Shown in pieces: positions 28,860 through 36,232 of a stretch of DNA of 64,000 nt (within the stretch, counting starts at the first letter, position 1; the number at the start of each line of letters is the position of its first letter). Where the stretch lies: the IMG/VR virus record IMGVR_UViG_3300042691_038651, positions 1 through 64,000 of that record. One strand, given 5' to 3'. The notes under the pieces are model-generated. The model worked only from the letters and a program-made list of their open reading frames with translations. It made no database searches and was not told the origin of the DNA. Made by a program: the position numbers and the translations under genes. This stretch comes from a virus.

Positions 28860-29374
28860 TGCCAGCAGTTTCACAAGCACAGCAAAAGCTCATGGGCATG
28901 GCTTACGCTCTTAAAAAGGGAGAAATGAAGCCGGAAGAAGCCAGCCAAGAGGTAATAGACCTGGCTGACTCTATGACGCTTAAACAGCTGAAAGATTTTG
29001 CAGAAACCAAGCACAAAGGTCTTCCAAAGAAAAAACACGTAGATGAATACGGATTCTTTTGGTGGGACACGCAATCACAACAAGCAGCATACCAAGCTGC
29101 CGCAAGTAAAAGAGACCAAACGGATCCATTAGTTCAAAGCTTTATAGATTTTGTAGCAGGAAAGAATAAAGACAGGGTAAAAGAAGTTGAAGAAAATTTT
29201 GCTGCACCCGCAGCAAGCGTTACAAACACCCCAGGTATGGGTAACGTGGATGCACCAGCCGTAGGCAAGGTGGGAAGCGGTGATACCTTCGGTGCCACAT
29301 CAGGTCGAAAAAAGAAGAAACGTAAAGGATCTACTAACGGCTATGATGAGTGGCTAAAAATCAGAATGTCATGA
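28859..29374 (+). CDS. DUF3008-like protein (from recall)
   Basis: MPAVSQAQQKLMGMAYALKKGE...SMTLKQLKDFAETKHKGLP. Confidence 0.6.
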   Translation: MPAVSQAQQKLMGMAYALKKGEMKPEEASQEVIDLADSMTLKQLKDFAETKHKGLPKKKHVDEYGFFWWDTQSQQAAYQAAASKRDQTDPLVQSFIDFVAGKNKDRVKEVEENFAAPAASVTNTPGMGNVDAPAVGKVGSGDTFGATSGRKKKKRKGSTNGYDEWLKIRMS

Positions 29375-29375
29375 G

Positions 29376-29522
29376 ATGGCAAAGGCTGCAAAAAAATCGG
29401 AAGTAAGATCATTTGTTCGTAAGACAAGAAAAAAATTAGGAAGACACGCAAAAAAGGACACTCCTAATAAGAAAGCAAAAAACTACAAAAAAGGCTATGT
29501 AGGCCAAGGAAAAAGAAGATAA
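29376..29522 (+). CDS. very basic 48-aa protein (absent from ORF track)
   Basis: MAKAAKKSEVRSFVRKTRKKLGRHAKKDTPNKKAKNYKKGYVGQGKRR*; fits the intergenic gap. Confidence 0.6.
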   Translation: MAKAAKKSEVRSFVRKTRKKLGRHAKKDTPNKKAKNYKKGYVGQGKRR

Positions 29523-29526
29523 GGGA

Positions 29527-30129
29527 GTGGATACATCAATCATATCAACCATCATCACGACCTTTGGGTCAATCATTGTAGCTCTAATCACCGTGGTAGT
29601 GAAGACAAAATTAGACGCAAGAAAAGCCAAGACCGAGAAAGAGAAAGAAGAAGTGATCGATGAGGCTGGCGTTGAAGAAATGGTGTTGGTGCAGGACTGG
29701 CTACACGATTTTCGACAAAAGTACGAGTTTGACCGTGTAGGTATCTTCCAATTTCATAATGGAGGAAAATTCTTTCAAGGCAAGAGCATGAAGAAGTTTT
29801 CCATGACTTATGAATCAGTAGCCCCAGGCTACGAAAAAATCAAGAGGACGCAGCAAAATGTGTTGGCCTCTGAATATCCACAATGGATTAGCAATATGTT
29901 AAAGAAGAAGTGTTTTGCTAACATTGTATCTGAATTAGACCCGCAATCACGAGTAGAGCTTGAAGCTCTTGGAATACAGCAATTTGTAACCGTTCCAATC
30001 TATTGTCTGAAAGGCGCTCTCATCGGGTTTATTGTCGGCTACAATATAGGTGAAATAGATGATGCAATCAAAAGCAAATTTGTGCCTTTAGTAGAAGACT
30101 CAAAATTTGTTTCAGGTTACATCGCATGA
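29527..30129 (+). CDS. membrane protein with N-terminal TM and GAF-like domain, putative holin (T4 T-like architecture)
   Basis: TM IISTIITTFGSIIVALITVVV; DRVGIFQFHNGG; VPIYCLKGALIGFIVGY. Confidence 0.5.
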   Translation: MDTSIISTIITTFGSIIVALITVVVKTKLDARKAKTEKEKEEVIDEAGVEEMVLVQDWLHDFRQKYEFDRVGIFQFHNGGKFFQGKSMKKFSMTYESVAPGYEKIKRTQQNVLASEYPQWISNMLKKKCFANIVSELDPQSRVELEALGIQQFVTVPIYCLKGALIGFIVGYNIGEIDDAIKSKFVPLVEDSKFVSGYIA

Positions 30130-30293
30130 AAACACTCCTAAAAAGCAAAAGGCAAAAACTAGTGGATTGGATCAAATCCAAAAGAACTAACAACAAAAAG
30201 ACAGTTGTTAAACAAAAAATAGACGATGAAGGTTTAAGACTCTTGAGAGAGTATTACATCGACAAAGACGACGAAACACATCTGTTCATATGA
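30126..30293 (+). CDS. small hypothetical protein (55 aa, absent from ORF track)
   Basis: MKTLLKSKRQKLVDWIK...THLFI*, with ATGA overlaps on both sides. Confidence 0.5.
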   Translation: MKTLLKSKRQKLVDWIKSKRTNNKKTVVKQKIDDEGLRLLREYYIDKDDETHLFI

Positions 30294-30541
30294 AACACTT
30301 GCATACATTTGAAAGTTACCTGAATGAAGGTACCACAGCATCGAGTTGGAGCAAAGCTCAGCTCGACAAAGAACTAAGAGAACTTTCACAAGGAGCTAAA
30401 GATGCCGGAGACATCGATGATTCAATGGCTTTTGACATTGCAGATGGGTGGATCATGGATAACCCAGGAGTAGAGATGGCAATCAAAAAACATTACGGTG
30501 CATCTGATGCACAAGGTTTTGTTGCAAATAGAATAGCATAA
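30290..30541 (+). CDS. CTS-leader protein
   Basis: MKHLHTFESYLNE|G. Confidence 0.7.
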   Translation: MKHLHTFESYLNEGTTASSWSKAQLDKELRELSQGAKDAGDIDDSMAFDIADGWIMDNPGVEMAIKKHYGASDAQGFVANRIA

Positions 30542-30542
30542 T

Positions 30543-30887
30543 ATGAGCCACGTAAAACTATACGAAGAATTCCTTTGGGACCAAATTTGGGAAGCCGAAG
30601 ATGAAGACAAGCAGTCAACCGACCGTTCTCCTCTTGATAGCGAAGAACTTGAGACTGGTCTTAAAAATAAAGCCAAAGAATCTGGCTGTCCTATCGGAAT
30701 CATTCGCGCGGTAATGCGTCGTGGAATGGCTGCCTGGAAAAGTGGTCACCGTCCAGGTGCTGGCCAAGAACAATGGGGATACGCTCGTGTAAACTCATTT
30801 TTAACTGGTGGTAAAGGTACTTGGGGTAAAGCTGACAAGGATCTTGCAAAAGAGGCAAGAGATGCCGGGTTCAATCCAAAAAAGTAA
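30543..30887 (+). CDS. CTS-leader protein with DUF5824-like domain (from recall)
   Basis: MSHVKLYEEF; RRGMAAWKSGHRPGAGQEQWGYARVNSF. Confidence 0.65.
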   Translation: MSHVKLYEEFLWDQIWEAEDEDKQSTDRSPLDSEELETGLKNKAKESGCPIGIIRAVMRRGMAAWKSGHRPGAGQEQWGYARVNSFLTGGKGTWGKADKDLAKEARDAGFNPKK

Positions 30888-30941
30888 AAGGATAACACAA
30901 TGAAACACATACACACATTTGAAAACTTCTTGAATGAAGGC
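30885..30941 (+). repeat. 57-bp perfect direct repeat, copy 1 (upstream stop + spacer + CTS-coding sequence)
   Basis: taaaaggataacacaatgaaacacatacacacatttgaaaacttcttgaatgaaggc, identical at 31509..31565. Confidence 0.95.
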
Positions 30942-31235
30942 GTTAAGTGGAAACCTTCTAGAAATGAAAACGTTGAAGGATTTGTTGCAAAATCTTTTCC
31001 TCACGGAAAAAAAGGTGATGCACTATTATCCCGTGAAGAGTTCATCAAAAAATGGGAAGCGAGAATCGAATCATGGATTGGGGTAAAACCTAATCTGGCT
31101 GCGGTTAAAGAGTTTTTCACTAACAATGGACTAAACTTTGAATTTGTAGGAGCCGACGGCTATACTTACCGCATATACTCTCCAGGTGAAGGCCCTAGAT
31201 CTAAAGAGTACCACATACAAAAACTTAAAAAGTAA
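30900..31235 (+). CDS. CTS-leader protein
   Basis: MKHIHTFENFLNE|G. Confidence 0.72.
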   Translation: MKHIHTFENFLNEGVKWKPSRNENVEGFVAKSFPHGKKGDALLSREEFIKKWEARIESWIGVKPNLAAVKEFFTNNGLNFEFVGADGYTYRIYSPGEGPRSKEYHIQKLKK

Positions 31236-31238
31236 TAT

Positions 31239-31511
31239 ATGAAACACATACACACATTCGAAAGCTTCTTAAATGAAGGATATTCATCATCAGATATAAA
31301 CAAGTTAAAGGACTTTGCTAAAAAAGTTTCTGATGAAATCATAGCAGACTATGAAGGAGACAGCAAATTTGACAAAGAAGAATTCTCACCAGAGGCTATG
31401 TTTGACTACATATCAGACTGGGGGCAAACAAACAATATGTCAGCAAAAGATGTAATTGATGAATTTGTATGGTCAGAACTAACAGATGAATTAGGTTTGC
31501 CAAGAAATTAA
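31239..31511 (+). CDS. CTS-leader protein
   Basis: MKHIHTFESFLNE|G. Confidence 0.72.
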   Translation: MKHIHTFESFLNEGYSSSDINKLKDFAKKVSDEIIADYEGDSKFDKEEFSPEAMFDYISDWGQTNNMSAKDVIDEFVWSELTDELGLPRN

Positions 31512-31565
31512 AAGGATAACACAATGAAACACATACACACATTTGAAAACTTCTTGAATGAAGGC
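31509..31565 (+). repeat. 57-bp perfect direct repeat, copy 2
   Basis: Identical to 30885..30941. Confidence 0.95.
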
Positions 31566-31835
31566 AAAGCACAAGAATGGATTGTATTTCTTCCCATCGA
31601 AAAAGGAGACATCATCGACATAGAAAGCTCTCTGTTTGGGGTTTACAATGACGAGGAGTATGATAGAATAGCTCCATTTGACAAAGTAGGCAATTACACA
31701 ACTTCTTTATCTTTCCCTGATATGAAAGTTGCTAGAGAATACGCTGATCTTGTTAAAGACGCCAAAGGAGATATGAAATCTCCGGCTTTCAAAAAAGCAG
31801 ATGAGTTTGAAAAGAAAAACAAAATAGTTCGATGA
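31524..31835 (+). CDS. CTS-leader protein
   Basis: MKHIHTFENFLNE|G. Confidence 0.72.
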   Translation: MKHIHTFENFLNEGKAQEWIVFLPIEKGDIIDIESSLFGVYNDEEYDRIAPFDKVGNYTTSLSFPDMKVAREYADLVKDAKGDMKSPAFKKADEFEKKNKIVR

Positions 31836-32119
31836 AACACATACACACATTCGAAAGCTTTGTAAATGAAGGCGCGCCAACCAATACGGTTGAAGACATA
31901 ATAGACACTATTAAAGACGGCTTAGGATGGGCTACTCCTGATTATGTGCTACAAACTCCACTTAACAGGGCAGGTAGAATAGCATTGGCAATTAGGCTAG
32001 CAGAAATAGGTATTCTTTTTAATGATGATGATCTAGGCGATGATATGAATGTCAATCCGTTAAAAGACAAGAAGATTAAACCTATGTCTGTAGCAGACGC
32101 TAAAAAAGCAATACTGTAA
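31832..32119 (+). CDS. CTS-leader protein
   Basis: MKHIHTFESFVNE|G. Confidence 0.72.
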   Translation: MKHIHTFESFVNEGAPTNTVEDIIDTIKDGLGWATPDYVLQTPLNRAGRIALAIRLAEIGILFNDDDLGDDMNVNPLKDKKIKPMSVADAKKAIL

Positions 32120-32120
32120 G

Positions 32121-32393
32121 ATGAAACACATAAGCACATTTGAAAGCTTTTTGAATGAAGGCAATTATAGCCTACAAAGTATCGACGACGCAACTGTTGA
32201 AGAGTTCGAAAAAGACTGGAACAGTGGATCTAAAATCGGCGGGTTATTAAAGCTGATCAAAGCTGCCACTGGAAAAGACATATCAGATATTCCAGAGAAG
32301 GCTGTAGAAGAGTTTGATAAAATTGTTGGCGGAGGAATAAAGGCTTCGCCAGCAGCAATCAAGATTCTTGATGTTCTAAACAAATACGCATAA
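32121..32393 (+). CDS. CTS-leader protein
   Basis: MKHISTFESFLNE|G. Confidence 0.72.
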   Translation: MKHISTFESFLNEGNYSLQSIDDATVEEFEKDWNSGSKIGGLLKLIKAATGKDISDIPEKAVEEFDKIVGGGIKASPAAIKILDVLNKYA

Positions 32394-32394
32394 G

Positions 32395-32628
32395 ATGAAA
32401 CACATTAGCACATTTGAGAATTTCCTCAACGAGGAACATCCATACTACAAGGGCATCAGCAAAAGTACTGAGACCAAGAAGAAGGCTCAAATGGCTGACC
32501 AGGCTGCTGCGGATGATGATGATCCCGATGCTTACAAAGAGCTGCCTGGAGATAAAAAAGGAAAGAAGCTCCTAAAAACTTCTAAGCACACCAAGACATA
32601 TCACGAACTTTACGGAGACAAGAAATAG
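32395..32628 (+). CDS. CTS-leader protein
   Basis: MKHISTFENFLNE; YYKGISKST...DDDDPDAYKELPGD...KTSKHTK. Confidence 0.7.
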   Translation: MKHISTFENFLNEEHPYYKGISKSTETKKKAQMADQAAADDDDPDAYKELPGDKKGKKLLKTSKHTKTYHELYGDKK

Positions 32629-32657
32629 AAAAGCGGCCCGAAAGCCGCTTCTTTTTT
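32628..32657. terminator. intrinsic, probably bidirectional terminator
   Basis: aagcggc-ccgaaa-gccgctt followed by a T-run, between convergent genes. Confidence 0.85.
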
Positions 32658-32672
32658 GTGGTTTGAGAGTTC

Positions 32673-33032
32673 TTACAGAATGCTGATGTTACGAGCATTC
32701 TTCTTTTTCTCGGTCGAGAAATGGATTGAGAGAATGCCAGACTCCAGTTTTGCCTGAACCGTTTCAGCGTCCAGGTATTCAACGTTGTAGCTCTTGCGAA
32801 CTCTCTTATTCAAGAACTTGGGCAGTTCTCTCTCGGTAGATGCTTCCAAAATAAGTTCATCTCCTTCAGTACGAACGGTCACTTCCTCCTTGGTAAAACC
32901 AGGCAGAAGAACATCTAGCGCATAGCCGTTCTCGGTCTGACGGATCTCAGTTTTGGAATAGGTTGACGAGTTGTGGTTTGCAAACTCAAACAAATCGTCC
33001 ATTGCATTGAAGATTGATGTTGTTTTGTACAT
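32673..33032 (-). CDS. small heat-shock protein (Hsp20/alpha-crystallin)
   Basis: LDVLLPGFTKEEVTV, AKLESGILSIHF; only convincing minus-strand gene in the window. Confidence 0.88.
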   Translation of the reverse strand: MYKTTSIFNAMDDLFEFANHNSSTYSKTEIRQTENGYALDVLLPGFTKEEVTVRTEGDELILEASTERELPKFLNKRVRKSYNVEYLDAETVQAKLESGILSIHFSTEKKKNARNISIL

Positions 33033-33331
33033 AGTATTTTTTGTTTTTTGGTTTGTTTACAGTATATTGTAACAAAACTGTGCCAGACCGTTAAACCGGA
33101 AAGATTGTCATATGCAAGTGAACTTGTAGTGACTCTTTGTCATTGCTATAGACTATTTTCCTCCAACCGATCTGATATCTATTTTATACAACCCAGACAA
33201 AAAGTTTCACAGTGATTACTATATTGATCACTACACGGGAAAAAGCCTCACTGTGAACAATATATTGTACATTGAGAAAACCAGTTTCAACCTGTGAATA
33301 TAAGATCAAATTCAAAATAATATAGACATAA

Positions 33332-33823
33332 ATGATTAAGTACAGCAAACTTCGAGACGTAAAGTCGCCGTCTCGAGGTACATCGCAGTCCGCAGGAGTG
33401 GACTTTTTTGTTCCTAACGATTGGAACGGCGGTGAACCTCGACCAGTATTACCTGGCGACCGTGTCTTGATTCCAAGCGGAATCAAGGTAAGCATCCCAA
33501 CAGGGTATGCGCTAATTGCATTCAATAAGAGTGGAGTGGCATCTAAAACAGGATTGATCGTTGGTGCTTGCGTGGTAGATGAAGACTACCAAGGCGAGGT
33601 TCACATCAATATGATCAATACCAACACGGAGAAGGAATACTTCTCGGATGGCCACTATGTAAAAGACAGCGGAATTGTTACCATAACTCCAGGAGAGAAG
33701 CTGGTTCAGTTCTTGTTAGTACCCATCAATTATGCTGGGCTACAGGAATTGCCAATTGAGGAATTATACACTGCGACAACTGAACGCGGTGACGGAGGAT
33801 TTGGATCAACAGGAACGCTATGA
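33332..33823 (+). CDS. dut: dUTPase (trimeric)
   Basis: SAGVDF, NKSGVA, VVDEDYQGE, GEKLVQ, RGDGGFGSTG. Confidence 0.95.
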   Translation: MIKYSKLRDVKSPSRGTSQSAGVDFFVPNDWNGGEPRPVLPGDRVLIPSGIKVSIPTGYALIAFNKSGVASKTGLIVGACVVDEDYQGEVHINMINTNTEKEYFSDGHYVKDSGIVTITPGEKLVQFLLVPINYAGLQELPIEELYTATTERGDGGFGSTGTL

Positions 33824-35193
33824 TAGACATCGAACAAAGAGACTCAACCCTGCAAATTTCATACTTTGACAGGGAAGGCGAAATTGCCATCAAAAAGTTT
33901 CTCATTCCAGCAAATGAAATGTTTGAATGGGAGTACTGTGATGCCCGTGATAAGTATGCAGAACCTGGCATAACTAGCTGGGATGGCAAACCAGTCCGTA
34001 AACGCAAGACAAAGTTCTTGAGTAAGTGGAGGCTGGAAGAATACCTCTATTCTCTTCCCGAAGAGGAAACAAATGACATTTATGAATTCAACATTCCTAA
34101 AAAGTTCTTTGTGGATATTGAGGTAGAGGTGACTGACGAATGGCCAAAACCGGAAACAGCCAAGTTTCCAGTTACAACGGTTGCTTTCTGTAGAGATAAC
34201 CGTGTAATTGTAATGGGAACCAAGCCGCTGTCGGCTGACCAAATTGCATCAATCGGAAAGCGCATCAATGATTACCTGAAAGAGGAAGTTGACTTTAGCT
34301 ATATGTACTTCAAATCTGAGTATGATATGCTATACACATTCTTCCATAAGGCTCTTCAGAAGATGCCAGTAATTACAGGATGGAACTTCGTAGGTTTCGA
34401 CTGGACGTATCTTATCAATCGCTGTAAGCGTTTAGGTATTGATCCTTCCGTCGCTTCTCCATCTCGTAAACTCTCTGGTCAATCCGAACTTCCACAGCAC
34501 AGGTTGGTAGTCGATTACCTGGATGTCTATAAGAAATGGGACCGCCAAATTGATGTCAAGGAAAACAATACTCTTGACTGGGTTGCTAAAGCAGCGCTTG
34601 GAATTCAAAAGGTAAAATATCCCGGAACATTACAAGAACTCTATGAATCTGACTTTGACCAATACGTATTCTACAATGCGGTGGATGCCAAGTTAGTACA
34701 GATGATTGACCGAAAGTTAAACTCACTGCTTACTTTCCTTAAGCTTGGACATATTTCCAAAGTGGAAGCAACCCGAGCGTATTCACCAATCTGGATGGCG
34801 GAAGGTGCAATGGCAAGAGAAAACTGCCGTCGGAACCGGGTATTTCCAAAAGCCGACACTTCCAAAAAACGCAGAGAAGCCTATGAAGGTGCATTTGTTC
34901 ATGAACCAAAAACTGGATTGTATCAGTGGGTTACATCATTCGACTTTGCTTCTCTATATCCAACGGTAATGAGGCAGTGGAACATTTCACCTGAGAGTTA
35001 CATCAAAAATCTGGCACCTGGCGAAGAGATTGATCTGGAAAAATACATCAAAACTGCATCGGGCGCGGTATTCTCAAGAGAGGAATCCGTCTTTACCAGC
35101 ATCTTGGTGGAATACTACGGAAAGCGTAAACAGGCCAAGAAAATCTCTCAGGACATAGAAAGAGAAATTGCTGAGTTGCAAAAATATATATGA
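33820..35193 (+). CDS. family B DNA polymerase, N-terminal subunit (exonuclease + motif A)
   Basis: DIEV (ExoI), GWNFVGFD (ExoII), YNAVD (ExoIII), SFDFASLYP; ends in the fingers after KRKQAKK. Confidence 0.92.
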   Translation: MIDIEQRDSTLQISYFDREGEIAIKKFLIPANEMFEWEYCDARDKYAEPGITSWDGKPVRKRKTKFLSKWRLEEYLYSLPEEETNDIYEFNIPKKFFVDIEVEVTDEWPKPETAKFPVTTVAFCRDNRVIVMGTKPLSADQIASIGKRINDYLKEEVDFSYMYFKSEYDMLYTFFHKALQKMPVITGWNFVGFDWTYLINRCKRLGIDPSVASPSRKLSGQSELPQHRLVVDYLDVYKKWDRQIDVKENNTLDWVAKAALGIQKVKYPGTLQELYESDFDQYVFYNAVDAKLVQMIDRKLNSLLTFLKLGHISKVEATRAYSPIWMAEGAMARENCRRNRVFPKADTSKKRREAYEGAFVHEPKTGLYQWVTSFDFASLYPTVMRQWNISPESYIKNLAPGEEIDLEKYIKTASGAVFSREESVFTSILVEYYGKRKQAKKISQDIEREIAELQKYI

Positions 35194-35226
35194 TACATCA
35201 CATCCCAAAAATAACCAACAAAAAAT

Positions 35227-36222
35227 ATGAGCAATCTTTTCATCGAGAGGGTCCCTTTCAAACCCTTTGAATACCCTGTCTACTATACCGAAGGCTGGTT
35301 AAAACAAGCACAAGCTTTCTGGTTGCATACTGAAATACCAATGCAGGGCGACGTCAAAGACTGGAATGAATTCTTAACCCCCGCTGAGAAGAATCTTGTA
35401 GGAAACATCTTACTTGGTTTTGCTCAGACGGAATGCGCAGTATCTGACTACTGGACTGGCATGGTTACCAAGTGGTTTCCGAAACATGAAATTCGCCAAA
35501 TGGCAATGATGTTTGGCTCACAGGAAACTATCCATGCTACAGCATATTCATATCTTAACGAAACACTTGGCCTTGAAGACTTTGCTGCTTTTCTACACGA
35601 GCCTGCCATCAAAGAAAAATTTGAGTTGCTTACTGCAACATCTAATGATTGGACTAATGAGGACTTGGTAAGAAATCCGGAAGCACGCATTGAAGTTGCA
35701 AAGAGTTTAGCAATCTTCTCAGCATTTGCTGAAGGAGTTTCTCTCTACTCTTCATTCGCAGTGCTCTACTCGTTCCAAATGAGGAACCTCTTAAAAGGTG
35801 TAGGACAGCAAATGAAATGGAGCGTCCGCGACGAATCGCTACACTCACGCATGGGCTGTATGTTATTCAATCATATGTGCGAAGAGTATCCTGAATTACG
35901 AGGAGACGCTCATGATACTGTGGTTGAAGCAGCACGACTTATACAAAAGCTCGAACATCAATTCATCGATAAGATGTTTGAGATGGGAGACCTGGAAAAC
36001 CTAAAAGCCGCTGACCTGAAAGAATTCATCAATCAGCGCATTAACGAAAAACTCAATGAACTTGGATACGATCCTATCATGGAAGTCAACGAAAAGTCAG
36101 CGGCAAACCTGGAATGGTTCTACCACTTGACTGGCGGTGTAACACACACTGACTTCTTTGCTATACGTCCTACTGACTATTCAAAAGCCGGTGAAGGCGA
36201 AGATTGGGGAGATATATTCTAA
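35227..36222 (+). CDS. nrdB: ribonucleotide reductase class Ia beta subunit
   Basis: ETIHATAYS, EGVSLYSSF, RDESLH, HTDFF. Confidence 0.95.
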   Translation: MSNLFIERVPFKPFEYPVYYTEGWLKQAQAFWLHTEIPMQGDVKDWNEFLTPAEKNLVGNILLGFAQTECAVSDYWTGMVTKWFPKHEIRQMAMMFGSQETIHATAYSYLNETLGLEDFAAFLHEPAIKEKFELLTATSNDWTNEDLVRNPEARIEVAKSLAIFSAFAEGVSLYSSFAVLYSFQMRNLLKGVGQQMKWSVRDESLHSRMGCMLFNHMCEEYPELRGDAHDTVVEAARLIQKLEHQFIDKMFEMGDLENLKAADLKEFINQRINEKLNELGYDPIMEVNEKSAANLEWFYHLTGGVTHTDFFAIRPTDYSKAGEGEDWGDIF

Positions 36223-36232
36223 AAGAACAACT

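Noticed and set aside
30885-32440. Regularly recurring repeats resembling a CRISPR array
   Set aside because: The repeats are protein-coding leaders separated by 230-330-nt ORFs, are not palindromic, and no cas operon is present.
35100-35230. Intron or intein explaining the truncated polymerase
   Set aside because: NrdB follows after a short gap with no splicing element or homing endonuclease, and the missing half is a separate gene at 48261.
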